A DNA stretch of 64,000 nt from an uncultured bacterium (GCA_903825415.1 CAIKAN010000028.1:3474-67473), one strand, 5' to 3'. Shown: positions 27,297 through 38,126, numbered from the stretch's first letter. Made by a program: numbers and translations. Notes: generated by a model from the sequence alone, not told the origin.

Positions 27297-27434
27297 TCGG
27301 GTGTTCATGCGTGCATCGATTGAATTTTCAATTTACAAATTCCAATTTTCAATCAATTTCCAATATTCAAATTTTCAAATAGAAACATGCAATAATTATT
27401 GTCATATTTACAAGTCTTAGATTAATAATGAAAT

Positions 27435-28457
27435 ATGGAAATCTTGATCACAAAACCTAGCGCCGATTATGAGCTTCTAGATTCTGGAGAAGGGGAGAAA
27501 CTGGAACGATTCGGTGAGATAATATTGGCGCGACCAGATCCTCAAGCTCTCTGGAGAAAGAACGATCCTGCTTCTTGGAAAAAGGCGGGAGGGACATTCT
27601 CGCGCGACGGGAAAGGCGGAGATTGGTCTATGAAGAAGGATACGCCCGACAAATGGCAGATCGATCTGGCGGGACTGAAGTTCGTGATCAAACCGACGGC
27701 TTTCAAGCATGTGGGGGTGTTTCCCGAGCAGGCGGGGAATTGGGAGTGGGTTGAAGAGAAAATTTCAAAATCCAAAATCCAAATTTCAAATCAAATCCAA
27801 AATCCAAATGACGAATCGCGTCAGCCGCGACCGTCGCAGGCGGCGACAAGTGGCGACTTTGGCGGAGCGCAGCGGAGCCAAACGAAGGCACTTCGTCGCG
27901 CCGAGGAGGGAGCGGGGTACGAAGCAAACGATGAGATTGAAGTGCTTAATTTGTTCGGTTACACAGGCGGGGCGACTCTTGCTTGCGCAAAAGCTGGAGC
28001 CAAGGTAGTGCATGTCGATGGATCGAAATCAGCGATCGCTTGGGCCAGAGAGAATGCCGAGCTTTCAGGCTTAAAAGACAAGCCGGTGCGTTGGATCCTG
28101 GAAGATGCGCGCTCTTTCGTGAAGAGGGAATTGAAGCGCGGAAGGAAGTATGCTGGCATCATCATGGATCCTCCTGCCTTCGGCCATGGTCCGGACAATG
28201 AGCTGTGGAAGATTGAGGATGATTTCCTCCCTCTCATCGATGATTGCATGAAGCTCCTTTCGGATGCGCCGCTCTTCTTCATCATCAATGGGTATTCTGC
28301 TGGCTATTCCGCCATTGCTTATGAAAATAATTTGAAACCTTTACAGGAAAGATATGGGGGAGATATCGAGATGGGTGAGTTGGCTATTCAGGAATCCAAG
28401 ACCGATAGGCTCTTGCCTTGTGGGATATTCGCGAGATGGAGCGCAAAGAATAATTAG
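27435..28457 (+). CDS. RlmI/YccW-family SAM-dependent rRNA (m5C) methyltransferase carrying an in-frame repeat-element insertion
   Basis: The C-terminal half NLFGYTGGATLACAKAGAKVVHVDGS…IIMDPPAFG is a class I MTase. Residues encoded by 27757-27925 are low-complexity plus a GC-rich element. Confidence 0.7.
   Translation: MEILITKPSADYELLDSGEGEKLERFGEIILARPDPQALWRKNDPASWKKAGGTFSRDGKGGDWSMKKDTPDKWQIDLAGLKFVIKPTAFKHVGVFPEQAGNWEWVEEKISKSKIQISNQIQNPNDESRQPRPSQAATSGDFGGAQRSQTKALRRAEEGAGYEANDEIEVLNLFGYTGGATLACAKAGAKVVHVDGSKSAIAWARENAELSGLKDKPVRWILEDARSFVKRELKRGRKYAGIIMDPPAFGHGPDNELWKIEDDFLPLIDDCMKLLSDAPLFFIINGYSAGYSAIAYENNLKPLQERYGGDIEMGELAIQESKTDRLLPCGIFARWSAKNN
27808..27925 (-). repeat. GC-rich element, family 1, copy A (inverted orientation, inside a CDS)
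   Basis: Its reverse complement matches 53444-53552 and 54982-55100 (CCGCTCCCTCCTCGGCGCGACGAAGTGCCTTCGTTTGGCT…CGCCAAAGTCGCCACTTGTCGCCGCCTGCGACGGTCGCGGCTGACG…ATTCGTCATT). Confidence 0.65.
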
Positions 28458-28555
28458 AAAGGCATATTACGATGCCGTTAGAGAGTTTGGTGGGCATATC
28501 GCCTAATCACCAAAGTCGAATTTAGCAAGTCTCAGTTTTATGCTATGCTCATCCC

Positions 28556-29383
28556 ATGTCTGCCTTGATCATCGATGGCAAGAAGGCTCGAGAAGCTCTG
28601 CTCCTAGAGTTTGAGAAAAAGATAAAGGCCCTTTCTCGCGTGCCGACTTTGGCTATCATACAGGTAGGAGATCGCCCGGATTCTTCTTCATTCATTCGGG
28701 CCAAGAAATCATTTGCCAAGAAGATAGGCGTGAATGAAAGGCATATCCAATTACTGGAGAATGTTTCCCAGGAAGAGTTGATCGCTGAAATTGAGAAGTG
28801 CAATACCGATGAAGCCATTCAAGGAATAATCTTACAATTGCCTATACCGGATCATTTGAATAAAAGGGCTGCCATCGATTCCATTGATCCCAAGAAAGAT
28901 GTAGATGCTCTGACTTCCAAGAGTGTGGCGTTATGGACGGCTGGGAAAGGTATATTACCGGCTACCGCCAGAGGTATCCGCGAATTATTGAGATTTTACA
29001 AGATCGATTTGGAAGGGAAGGAGGTGACAGTTGTAGGGCGTTCTGAATTAGTAGGCACTCCCATAGCGGTGATGTGCAGGAATGAGGGAGCGATTGTGAC
29101 GGTCTGTCATAGCAAGACGGTTTCTTTATCAGAAGGGACTAGGCCGGCTGATATCTTGATCGTGGCGGTTGGAAAGCCGAAACTTATCGGCTTAGAACAT
29201 GTGAATAGCGGGCAAATCGTGATAGATGTGGGAATCTCTCGTATCGGGGAGGGAACATTGGCAGGCGATGTAGATTTTGAATCCGTGAAGGATGTGGTGG
29301 CGGCTATCTCTCCTGTACCAGGAGGAGTCGGGCCTATGACAGTCTTTGGATTATTCGAAAATCTGGTTGACTTGTCAAAATAA
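28556..29383 (+). CDS. folD: bifunctional methylenetetrahydrofolate dehydrogenase/cyclohydrolase
   Basis: IIDGKK…PTLAIIQVGDRPDSSSFIRAKKSFAKKIG…VVGRSELVGTPIAVM…. Confidence 0.85.
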   Translation: MSALIIDGKKAREALLLEFEKKIKALSRVPTLAIIQVGDRPDSSSFIRAKKSFAKKIGVNERHIQLLENVSQEELIAEIEKCNTDEAIQGIILQLPIPDHLNKRAAIDSIDPKKDVDALTSKSVALWTAGKGILPATARGIRELLRFYKIDLEGKEVTVVGRSELVGTPIAVMCRNEGAIVTVCHSKTVSLSEGTRPADILIVAVGKPKLIGLEHVNSGQIVIDVGISRIGEGTLAGDVDFESVKDVVAAISPVPGGVGPMTVFGLFENLVDLSK

Positions 29384-29532
29384 CCATCTTTGTGATAGGG
29401 TATCTCTCGGACATAGATCGCTCTCCTAGGTATAGCATCCGGCACAATGAATCCATGCAAGTCCTCTCGGATGCGTATCTCATGTTCGGTGCGAGGCAAC
29501 TCGCCTTCCCTTGCTCCGACAGATCATGGCCA

Positions 29533-29570
29533 AAGCCGGCACTGCCCTCGGGTGCCGGCCTTTTTTCTTG
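29533..29570 (+). terminator. rho-independent terminator
   Basis: GCCGGCACtgccctcggGTGCCGGC followed by TTTTTT. Confidence 0.6.
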
Positions 29571-29859
29571 CATACTAATAGCGCTTATTGTAGAGTTGCC
29601 ATGAATCCCTTGTCCCACCTTATCCTGCATGTAAGCATTTGCACCTACATTTGCTGACCGTCTTCGTTTCGGGCTGAATAACCAGAGTTACCACTGCTCT
29701 ACTCGACACTAGAAATGTGTCGCCCACAGTCATTATCTCCAACAAAAAGAGCTTCACGGGGATCATCCGACACCTAGGTGGGTGTCGGATTTTTCATTCA
29801 TAGCCTCGCATGCTAGTATTAGTCCATTACCATTATTGCTAATAAATATCATGAATATC

Positions 29860-30639
29860 CAAGAAAAATTCTGGAAATCAGCTTCGCTAGCATGTCTACT
29901 TTTGGTTATATTCCTCGCAGTCATATCTATCAAAGAGTTGAAATCTATAGGCTATGTCGGCAAGAATCTTCAGACAACGAATACCATTTCAGTCGAGGGG
30001 ACTGGCGACGCCGTGACTATCCCCGATATCGCCACTTTCTCATTCATGGTGACCGAGACGGCGAAGACTGTCGCTGACGCTCAGACTCAGGCTACTGCCA
30101 AGATCGATAATGCCCTCAAGGCCGTCAAAGATGCTGGCGTCGATGATAAGGATATCCAGACTATCTCTTACAATATCAATCCTCACTATGAATATCAGGG
30201 GGTGGCATGCAGTACGAATTATTGCCCTCAGGACAAACAAGTTCTAACTGGTTATGATGTGAGCGAGAGCATCCAGGTCAAGGTGAGGGATCTAGCCAAG
30301 GCTGGGACCATATTCAGCTCAATCGGTTCTATCGGGGTTCAGAATGTAAATGGCTTGAATTTCTCAGTGGACAAGCCAGATGCAGTTCAAGCAGAAGCGC
30401 GCGCCAAGGCGATCGCTAACGCTCAAGCCAAGGCTGATAAGCTCGCTGATCAATTGGGGGTATCGTTAGTCAGGATCACTAGCTTCAATGAATCTACAGG
30501 CGGACGTCCTGGAGTCACATATGGAATGGCATATTCTTCTGCAAGAGCGATGGATTCTGTCGTTGTCCCAGCACCGGCCATTCCGACAGGGGAACAGAAG
30601 GTTACTAGTGATGTGACGATAACGTATGAAATTAAATAG
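29860..30639 (+). CDS. SIMPL/DUF541 (BP26/OMP28-like) periplasmic protein
   Basis: Signal/TM N-terminus, then ISVEGTGDAVTIPDIATFSFMVTE…, typical of the SIMPL domain. The track start at 29782 overlaps an upstream terminator, so ATG 29860 is preferred. Confidence 0.6.
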   Translation, partial: QEKFWKSASLACLLLVIFLAVISIKELKSIGYVGKNLQTTNTISVEGTGDAVTIPDIATFSFMVTETAKTVADAQTQATAKIDNALKAVKDAGVDDKDIQTISYNINPHYEYQGVACSTNYCPQDKQVLTGYDVSESIQVKVRDLAKAGTIFSSIGSIGVQNVNGLNFSVDKPDAVQAEARAKAIANAQAKADKLADQLGVSLVRITSFNESTGGRPGVTYGMAYSSARAMDSVVVPAPAIPTGEQKVTSDVTITYEIK

Positions 30640-30721
30640 GTATAAAGATCTTGTCTAGGATAAAAAAACCAGAGGCATGCCCCTGGTGTTCTTGCGGATC
30701 ATGATAGACCTTCGGTGTTCA

Positions 30722-31039
30722 TTATGCCGGTCTGCTTTGCTTGCCGCAACTTGGACAAGTGTAGACCAACTTCTGACCGCAGTCCGTAGCGGTCATCCGA
30801 GAATGATCTCTGTACAAGCTGGTCGAGCAATCTGAACAATAGCCGTAGTTTCTGGGTAGTTGGTGATACTCGACCAAAGGAACTTGTACGGATTTCTCAG
30901 CGATTGGCTGTGCAGGAGCGCTTTGACGTGCCCCATAAGCCTGAATGACTGACTGGAGGGTGCAGACGATAGGCTGGAATAATCCGTCGGTTAGATAGCC
31001 TATACGACAGCCTCTCGGGTCAACGATCTTTTGTATCAT
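30722..31039 (-). CDS. hypothetical Cys-rich (zinc-ribbon-like) small protein
   Basis: CxxC…CxxC pattern (CSDC…CPSC). No further assignment. Confidence 0.3.
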   Translation of the reverse strand: MIQKIVDPRGCRIGYLTDGLFQPIVCTLQSVIQAYGARQSAPAQPIAEKSVQVPLVEYHQLPRNYGYCSDCSTSLYRDHSRMTATDCGQKLVYTCPSCGKQSRPA

Positions 31040-31238
31040 AGTCTGTATTTAGTTTTGGTTTGCGCTGTACAAATCATCCAGCCTTTTGCTGGTAGATTCT
31101 GAATTGATACTACTTCTCGTGACCAATCTAGTCAAGAAAGATACCCCGCCTCATTTATTTGACTCCTGAATCTCCGTTATGGTAGGATACCCTTATCAAC
31201 TCCTGCCAGGGGTTTTTTAATACAAGAATACAAAAGCC

Positions 31239-31415
31239 ATGAAAATGACCGAATACATCAAGGAAACAAGATCAGAGATGAGCCATGTCAATTGGCCGAG
31301 CCGCGAACAGACCATCCGATATACAGTCTTGGTCATCGTCACGTCTATCGCTACCGCCGCTTTGCTTGGGGTGGCTGACCTCGTGTTCTCCAAGCTCTTG
31401 ACTCTGCTATTTTAA
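31239..31415 (+). CDS. secE: preprotein translocase subunit SecE (58 aa; below the ORF-track length cutoff)
   Basis: MKMTEYIKETRSEMSHVNWPSREQTIRYTVLVIVTSIATAALLGV… lies immediately upstream of nusG, the conserved secE-nusG-rplK order. Confidence 0.7.
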   Translation: MKMTEYIKETRSEMSHVNWPSREQTIRYTVLVIVTSIATAALLGVADLVFSKLLTLLF

Positions 31416-31427
31416 ACTTAAATCAAC

Positions 31428-31973
31428 GTGTCAAAACAAATCACAACCGGTGAGCGAGCGTGGTATGCCATTCATACCTATTCAGGCTATGAGAATGCCG
31501 TTGCTCGCAACTTGAAACAGCGCATCGAGTCTCTCGGCATGGAGGACAAGATATTCAACGTGATCGTACCGACCGAGAAGAAGATCAAGATCAAGGGCAG
31601 CAAGAGGGTGGAGGAGGAAGAGAAGATTTATCCCGGCTATGTCCTCGTAGAGATGATAGTCACGGACGATTCATGGTATATCGTGCGCAATACTCCTCGC
31701 GTTACCGGCTTCGTCGGTTCAGGGGTCTTCCCAGTACCTCTCGACAAGGCAGAGATCGATTCTCTCTTCGCTAGGATGTCCAAGAGCGATACCGAGCACA
31801 CGATCGACCTTTTGCCAGAAGATCTGGTCAAGATCGTGGATGGCCCATTCAAGGACTTCGAAGGCAAGGTTTCGGAGATAGACAATCAGAGGGGCAAGAT
31901 CAAGGTTCTAGTGTCTATGTTCGGTCGCGAGACTCCGGTCGAGCTTGACTTCTTGCAGGTCAAAAAGGTATAA
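31428..31973 (+). CDS. nusG: transcription termination/antitermination factor NusG
   Basis: WYAIHTYSGYENAV…KIFNVIVPTE… NGN domain plus a KOW region. Confidence 0.85.
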   Translation: MSKQITTGERAWYAIHTYSGYENAVARNLKQRIESLGMEDKIFNVIVPTEKKIKIKGSKRVEEEEKIYPGYVLVEMIVTDDSWYIVRNTPRVTGFVGSGVFPVPLDKAEIDSLFARMSKSDTEHTIDLLPEDLVKIVDGPFKDFEGKVSEIDNQRGKIKVLVSMFGRETPVELDFLQVKKV

Positions 31974-31982
31974 GGAGTAATA

Positions 31983-32100
31983 ATGTCAAAATCCAAATTT
32001 CAAATGCCAAATCAAATCCAAAGCTCAAAATCCAAATTAACCCATGTGTTTTTTGACATTTGGGTTTTGGATTTGATTTGACATTTGGATTTTGAGCTTT
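31983..32100. repeat. AT-rich 'caaaat/ccaaat' hexamer array arranged as a large imperfect inverted repeat (hairpin) between nusG and rplK
   Basis: The left arm CAAAATCCAAATTTCAAATGCCAAATCAAATCCAAAGCTCAAAATCCAAAT is mirrored by ATTTGGGTTTTGGATTTGATTTGACATTTGGATTTTGAGCTTTGAAATTT. Confidence 0.6.
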
Positions 32101-32129
32101 GAAATTTATTGTTAAAAATAGTAACTACC

Positions 32130-32552
32130 ATGGCAAAAAAGATAATCAAAACTGTAAAAGTCCTCGCCCCAGCCGGTAAAGCTACTCCAGCGCCTCCGCT
32201 CGGACCTACTCTCGGTCAGGCTGGCGTCAATATCGGTGATTTCACCAAGAAGTTCAATGATGCCACAAAAGACAAGATCGGAGATATGATCCCTGTGGTC
32301 ATCAATGTCTATGAAGACAGGACTTACGATTTTATTCTCAAGACCCCTCCGGCTTCTAGCCTTATCCTAAAAGCTATCAAGAAAGACAAAGGTTCAGGCA
32401 AGCCTAATACCAGCAAAGTCGGCACGATCACCAAAGCTCAGATCAAGGAAATCGCTGAGAAGAAGATGCAGGACCTCAATGCCAACGATATAGAAGCTGC
32501 CATGAAGATCATCGCGGGAACGGCTAGGCAGATGGGGGTGGAAGTCAAATAA
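32130..32552 (+). CDS. rplK: 50S ribosomal protein L11
   Basis: [35 protein letters not shown]…. The track start at 32109 is a TTG; ATG 32130 is preferred. A terminator hairpin plus T-run follows at about 32585-32615. Confidence 0.85.
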   Translation: MAKKIIKTVKVLAPAGKATPAPPLGPTLGQAGVNIGDFTKKFNDATKDKIGDMIPVVINVYEDRTYDFILKTPPASSLILKAIKKDKGSGKPNTSKVGTITKAQIKEIAEKKMQDLNANDIEAAMKIIAGTARQMGVEVK

Positions 32553-32903
32553 AAAGTCAAAAGTTAAAAGGCAAAAGTAAACAAAAATACCGTCGCATGA
32601 GTGGCGGTATTTTTGTATGATATAATGACTGTATTACAATTAAATTAACTAACATGGATTCATCTGAATTAGGCGTTGAAAAAGTTATTGTCGATATCGA
32701 ATTTACAGCGTTGGATGGGCGAGTAGAGTGGCACAAGAAATATGCAGATGGATCGCAGGGGCCGGATGTGGCAGCAGAGGTAGACACTGATGATAGGAAT
32801 AATATTTTGAGATTGATAGAACGATTGCGCAAAGAGAATAACTTAGAACAACCACCAGAATAGATTCAAGGTATGTATATCAGCCCTTGCTAATATATTT
32901 CGG

Positions 32904-33401
32904 TCAGCGAATGACTGTGTATTCAGTGAGCAAAGAACCGTTTTCTGTCCTTGTAGAATCTATCAACTGCAGCTTGAAATCCAACTCTTCTTTGAAAAGC
33001 TTGATCCCATCGCCGAAAACAATCGGTTCTATCGTCAGATAGAGGGTATCTACCAAACCAGATTTCATGAACATGGTATAGATCTGCGAACCGCCGCAGA
33101 TGGCGACCTCTTTGAATCCTCGAGATTCTAATTCTTGCAATAATTCTGCAGGGCTTTTCATGGTCGTTTCCATGCCTTGGACGGGAGGAAGAGGGGTAGG
33201 GGAATATACGATGTTTAAGCGGTCTTTTAATGGCTTGCCTAAGGTCTTCCAGGTATTAAGACCCATGATCATGACTCCTGCGCGCTTGGTGATCTCGACA
33301 AAGCGCTTCTTGTCCTCCTTGCTGGTCCACATGGCGGCATGAGAAGAGTTGCGGCCTATGTAGCCGTCAGTAGTCAGGGCGGAGATGATGAAACATTTCA
33401 T
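32904..33401 (-). CDS. dihydrofolate reductase (DHFR/RibD-C-like)
   Basis: MKCFIISALTTDGYIGRN…MGLNTWKTLGKPLKDRLNIVYS…. Confidence 0.7.
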   Translation of the reverse strand: MKCFIISALTTDGYIGRNSSHAAMWTSKEDKKRFVEITKRAGVMIMGLNTWKTLGKPLKDRLNIVYSPTPLPPVQGMETTMKSPAELLQELESRGFKEVAICGGSQIYTMFMKSGLVDTLYLTIEPIVFGDGIKLFKEELDFKLQLIDSTRTENGSLLTEYTVIR

Positions 33402-33454
33402 AGGAGATTAAAAATTATTGTCTGTCACTCTTTCATTTTAGCAGCTACGCGATA

Positions 33455-34142
33455 TACTACAAGCATGTCTCATTCATACGAAGTAGAAATTAAGAGCCTC
33501 TTGGGATCAAAAGAGAATGCAGATGCATTGATAGACAGTCTGAAGAAGCACGACAAAGGCTTGAAGCTTGCCGGACAAGGCAAGCAGCTCAATCATTACT
33601 TCAACTATCCTGAAGGAGCAGATCTGTATTCGGCTTTGAAAGGCAATATCTCAAAAGAAAAGCTTCCTGCCTTTGAACGCATCCTCAAAGAAGGCAAGAA
33701 GCTCTCTGTCCGTACCCGCGATGCCGATGGCAAGGTCATTTTCGTAGTCAAAGCCTCGGTGGGTGATGATACCAGTTCCAATGGCGTGAAGAGGATAGAA
33801 TTCGAAGAGACTGTGAAGATGTTTCTCAAGGAATTAGATGTTCTACTTCTCAAAGCGGGTCTCACTTATCAGGCAAAATGGTCTAGGGAAAGGCAGGAGT
33901 ATGTGAGCAAGGATACGCATATCTGTCTGGACAAGAATGCCGGCTATGGATATCTGGCGGAATTTGAGAAAGTTACGGATGATGAATCGTCTTTGGAGAA
34001 TGTCCGTAAAGAGCTTCTGGCTTTCATGAAAGAGATGGGCGTAGAAGAATTGCCGCAAGACCGTTTGGAGAGGATGTTCGCTTTTTACAATGCCAACTGG
34101 CCCAAATATTACGGGACTGATAATATATTCACAATTAAATAA
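33455..34142 (+). CDS. CYTH-domain protein (CyaB/thiamine-triphosphatase-like)
   Basis: YEVEIKSLL (ExExK) near the N-terminus. The track start at 33339 is probably too early. Confidence 0.55.
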
Positions 34143-34151
34143 TTCAATACC

Positions 34152-34733
34152 ATGTATCTATCCGATTTCGATATCAAGAAAGCGTTGAAGGCAGGCGATA
34201 TAATCATCCGGGATTTTGATAAGGATAGACTGGGCACAGTCAGCTACGACATTCTTCTAGGTAATAAATTCTTGATATCGACTACCCACGCCACCAAGCT
34301 CATCGATCCAGCCAACAAGCATTTCGGCAAATTACATGAAGTATCAGTAGATGATGGGGAAGAGTTCATTCTCCATCCGGGCGTCAGTCTTCTGGGAACC
34401 TCAAAGGATTACTTTGGCTCGAAGAAGTATCTAGTCCAGCTTCATGGCAAGAGCAGCTTGGCTCGTATTGGCCTTCTCGTCCACAATACTGCCGGACTCA
34501 TCAACCCGGGTCATTTCTTGAATATCACGCTCGAGCTGTGCAATTTGAATAGGGTACCCATAGTTTTGAGGCCTGGAATGGAGATCGGCCAGATCACATT
34601 CTGCCAGCTCACTTCGCCTGTGCAGACTGATTATGCGGAAATCGGCCGCTACTACAACAATGACTGGAATGGATTCATTCCTCCGAACAAGAAAAAGGCC
34701 AAAAAAGCGACCAAGAAGGCTTCAAAAAAGTAA
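34152..34733 (+). CDS. dcd: dCTP deaminase
   Basis: MYLSDFDIKKALKAGDIIIRDFD…GHFLNITLELCN… with a Lys-rich C-terminus. Confidence 0.8.
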   Translation: MYLSDFDIKKALKAGDIIIRDFDKDRLGTVSYDILLGNKFLISTTHATKLIDPANKHFGKLHEVSVDDGEEFILHPGVSLLGTSKDYFGSKKYLVQLHGKSSLARIGLLVHNTAGLINPGHFLNITLELCNLNRVPIVLRPGMEIGQITFCQLTSPVQTDYAEIGRYYNNDWNGFIPPNKKKAKKATKKASKK

Positions 34734-34751
34734 TTTCTAATAATAAATTTT

Positions 34752-35789
34752 ATGAAAAAGACAAAGCATCCAGAATATCAGTATCTCGATCTTTTGAAGG
34801 ATATCATGGAAAATGGCTTTGAGAAGAAAGAGTTCAATAGCGGGATCGCTATCAGGAGCGTCTTCGGTCGGACTATGCGCTTTGATCTTTCGAAGGGATT
34901 TCCTCTCCTCACGACCAAGAAGGTCTTCGTGAAGGGCATCATCCATGAATTGATCTGGTTCCTCCGAGGCTCGACGAATATAAAATATCTGGTAGATAAC
35001 GATGTCCACATCTGGGATGATTGGCCGTATAAGGAATACAAGAAGGCGGTGGAGAAGGGAGAGGCCCCTGCTATGACCATGGAAGAATTCATCGCCAAAA
35101 TGAAGGCTGACAAGCTGGATGGTGATTTCGTGAAGAAATGGGGAGAGCTCGGTCCAGTCTATGGTAGGCAGTGGAGGCGCTGGCCGGCTGCTGATGGGCG
35201 AGAGATCGATCAATTGGCATGGGCCATCGAGAAATCCAAGAAATATCCTGACAGGAAGCATGTGGTCATATCCGCTTGGAATCCGGAATATGTCTATGAA
35301 ATGGCCAAACCTGGCACTTCGATGGCTATACCTCCTTGTCATACGATGTTTAATCTGAATGTCACCAATGGCAAGCTATCTCTAGCTCTGTATCAGAGGA
35401 GCTGCGATACTTTCCTCGGCGTGCCATTCAATATCGCTTCATATTCTTTGTTGACCATGATCTTGGCGCAAGTCTGTGGATATAAGCCTGGAGAGTTCGT
35501 GCATTTCTTGGGAGATACTCATATCTACGGCAATCACTATGATCAGGTCAAGGAGCAGATGAAGAGGAAGCCTCGTCCTTTTCCTGTCATGAAGATCAAT
35601 CCGAATGTGAAGAATATCGATGATTTCAAGTATGAAGATTTCACGATCGAAGGATATGATCCGCATCCTCCTATAAAAGGGGAGATCACCGTCGTTGGTG
35701 GCTTCAATGAGAAAGACCGGAAAGATTTTACTTACAAAGGAAAAGGAGCCAAGAAGAAGGTTGTAATAAAGAAGGTCAAGTCTAAATAG
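34752..35789 (+). CDS. thyA: thymidylate synthase (ThyA) with a Lys-rich C-terminal extension
   Basis: [11 protein letters not shown] catalytic-Cys motif, [10 protein letters not shown] and [11 protein letters not shown]. Confidence 0.85.
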   Translation: MKKTKHPEYQYLDLLKDIMENGFEKKEFNSGIAIRSVFGRTMRFDLSKGFPLLTTKKVFVKGIIHELIWFLRGSTNIKYLVDNDVHIWDDWPYKEYKKAVEKGEAPAMTMEEFIAKMKADKLDGDFVKKWGELGPVYGRQWRRWPAADGREIDQLAWAIEKSKKYPDRKHVVISAWNPEYVYEMAKPGTSMAIPPCHTMFNLNVTNGKLSLALYQRSCDTFLGVPFNIASYSLLTMILAQVCGYKPGEFVHFLGDTHIYGNHYDQVKEQMKRKPRPFPVMKINPNVKNIDDFKYEDFTIEGYDPHPPIKGEITVVGGFNEKDRKDFTYKGKGAKKKVVIKKVKSK

Positions 35790-35964
35790 AATAGAGCAGC
35801 TTTGATGATGAATTTCTAAACGGGCATAACCCTGTGGATAAACTGTTGATAAACAGTTTATTTTAATTGACACTATTTTTTATAGGAGTACTCTTATAGT
35901 AGGTGACGATCGGTTCCTCATCCGTTAGATCTAACCTAGAGGAGGTTTGTTTGGTTGTTTAGGT

Positions 35965-36005
35965 TGACGGGCCGTCGGGCAGGCATGTTCGGCGGCCTTT
36001 TTTGT
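35965..36005 (+). terminator. rho-independent terminator
   Basis: GGCCGTCGG…CGGCGGCC followed by TTTTTT. Confidence 0.5.
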
Positions 36006-36169
36006 TTCTCATGGTGATCGTACCGGATAGTTTTTGACTCAAATGAAGGTTAATTGGACATGTCTCATTGACAGCATTATTCCAAGGTGTACGATTGAAC
36101 TGGTTGGGGTTGGATAAATAGTGTTCCGACCCTGCGAGTGGTTGAAGTGTGTTGTTCGGTTACTGCTAC

Positions 36170-36215
36170 TGCCGGACTTGGGTGGGTCCGGCGGTTTTTT
36201 ATTTTTCTAGACGCT
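36170..36215 (+). terminator. rho-independent terminator about 90 nt upstream of glyA
   Basis: GCCGGACttgggtggGTCCGGC followed by GGTTTTTTATTTTT. Confidence 0.6.
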
Positions 36216-36304
36216 TCCTGACTGGCTTGCGCGGTGGTACACTTAATTGGTCAATCTATTAATAATATAAATGGCGGAGAAAGCTTTTCATCGCCCAAAC
36301 TCTC

Positions 36305-37501
36305 ATGAAAGACACACAAATAAAGAAACTGATAGAAGCGGAGAAGAAGAGGCAGAAGAAAGTGATCAATCTGATACCATCGGAAAACTATCTTTCCAAA
36401 GATGTTTTGGAAGCTTTAGGATCTGAACTGAACGATAAATATTGTGAAGGCTATCCAGGCCGCCGCTATTATGGAGGTAATGGGATTATGGACAAGATAG
36501 AGCTGCTCTGCATCGATCGTGCGCTGAAAGCCTTCAAACTCGATCCAAAGGAGTGGCATGTAAATGTTCAACCGCATTCAGGTTCGCCAGCAAACTTGGC
36601 AGTGTATCTCGCGTGTGTGCCAAAGGAGGGGAAGATAATGGGTATGTCATTAGCTCACGGTGGACATCTCACCCACGGTCATAAAGTTTCGGCTACAGGC
36701 AAATTATGGACTCAGATACCTTACGGTCTTGAACCGGTCACTGAGGTGCTGAATTACGATCAGTTGCGTGAAATGGCTATGAAAGAAAAGCCTGTTATTA
36801 TCGTGGCTGGGTATACGGCTTATTCACGGTTCATTGATTGGGCGAAGATGAGGGAGATAGCGGATGCTGGAAATTCACTTTTAATGGTCGACATGTCCCA
36901 TATTGCAGGTTTGGTAGCAGGAGGGGCGTATCCGTCGCCTTTTCCATTTGCAGATATCGTCACCACGACGACGCACAAGACTTTGCGCGGTCCGCGCTCA
37001 GCGATCATCTTCATGAGGAAGGACGAGCGCGAGCTAGACAAGAAGATTGACAAAGCAGTCTTTCCTGGGCTTCAAGGCGGTCCTCACATGAATCAGATCG
37101 CGGCTGTGGCTGTAACATTGAAAGAAGCCAGCTCTCCATCTTTCAAAAAATACGCTGCCCAAGTCGTGAAGAATACGAAAGTCTTGGCTGATGAATTGCA
37201 TAAGTACGGTTGGCGGGTAGTTTCTGGAGGCACTGATTCGCATCTTTTCTTGTTGGATACATGGAATAATGGCGTAAATAACGAGAAAGGCGCCGGAGGC
37301 GTTTCTGGAAAGGATGCCAGCGACAAGCTGGAGAAGGAGGGCATCATCGTGAATAAGAACGCTATACCATTCGATACGCGCCCGCCGGCTGATCCTTCAG
37401 GGATACGCTTGGGCAGTGCCGCTGAGACGACCAGGGGGCGCAAGGAGAAGGATTTCAAGGCTATAGCCAAGAGGATTGACAAGATTTTGAGGAAGGCGTA
37501 G
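36305..37501 (+). CDS. glyA: serine hydroxymethyltransferase
   Basis: LIPSENY…GYPGRRYYGG…HLTHGH…MSHIAGLVA…TTTHKTLRGPR. Confidence 0.9.
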   Translation: MKDTQIKKLIEAEKKRQKKVINLIPSENYLSKDVLEALGSELNDKYCEGYPGRRYYGGNGIMDKIELLCIDRALKAFKLDPKEWHVNVQPHSGSPANLAVYLACVPKEGKIMGMSLAHGGHLTHGHKVSATGKLWTQIPYGLEPVTEVLNYDQLREMAMKEKPVIIVAGYTAYSRFIDWAKMREIADAGNSLLMVDMSHIAGLVAGGAYPSPFPFADIVTTTTHKTLRGPRSAIIFMRKDERELDKKIDKAVFPGLQGGPHMNQIAAVAVTLKEASSPSFKKYAAQVVKNTKVLADELHKYGWRVVSGGTDSHLFLLDTWNNGVNNEKGAGGVSGKDASDKLEKEGIIVNKNAIPFDTRPPADPSGIRLGSAAETTRGRKEKDFKAIAKRIDKILRKA

Positions 37502-37855
37502 TATTCTTCCAGACCATTTGCCTGAGTGACTTGGTTTTAGTCGAGGGAACCGTACAGGCTGATGTCTCCATTGGAGATCATGACCATCGGTTGTATGGGT
37601 TGGATCCTCGTAAAACCTCGGAGGACCTATGAGCATTGCAGTGTTCCTTGCCGACTGCTTCGCGCGCGGCCCGTAGGGGGACCTCGCCGGTAGTTATCGC
37701 TCAACTCGAGTTTCTATCGTTAGAATCACGTGGCCGCCGCCCTGGCTCCTATGGGTTGCGGCCGCTTTTTTTGTACATTTATTGATTTTTGGAAAGGGGG
37801 ATGTGGCCAAAACACACTTGACAAGAACATGTGGAGTATGGTATACTAGCAAAAG

Positions 37856-38126
37856 AGAACAGAGTGCAGGAAGCAGCTATGGATGCGGGTTCCCCGTACA
37901 GGGTACGGTAAGGGTCGAATTCCCTTGATGGTCTGATTCCGAGATAGTCTTTCTGGTCATAGAGTAGGCGGGAGGATGGTTGCTCTTTCGCGGAAGAGCG
38001 AATCGCCGACAATGTAACACCGCCACCGATAGATGAATGGGAGCATGATATAACAAATAGATTGCATGCTCTCTCGAAGGATCCCTGCACCTCTCTTTCT
38101 CCCAAGCCGGTTCGCCGGCTTTTTTG
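37856..38126 (+). ncRNA. candidate ncRNA of about 270 nt, bounded by a consensus-like promoter and a terminator, in a GC-rich 700-nt intergenic region
   Basis: TTGACA-N18-TATACT at 37819-37848. The terminator AGCCGGttcgCCGGCT plus T6 is at about 38104-38126. Internal hairpins (AAGGGTCGAATTCCCTT). No convincing ORF. Confidence 0.3.

Noticed and set aside
36216-36304. T-box leader upstream of glyA (a GGTGGTAC motif resembling the T-box sequence)
   Set aside because: The motif lies after the terminator hairpin rather than in the 5' strand of an antiterminator. No specifier-loop or stem I features were evident.
37900-37925. tRNA-like T-arm (AAGGG-TCGAATT-CCCTT) suggesting tmRNA or tRNA
   Set aside because: The loop is not the canonical TTCRANY. 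No acceptor stem or CCA context is present. The surrounding 270 nt are too short and lack tmRNA tag-reading-frame features.
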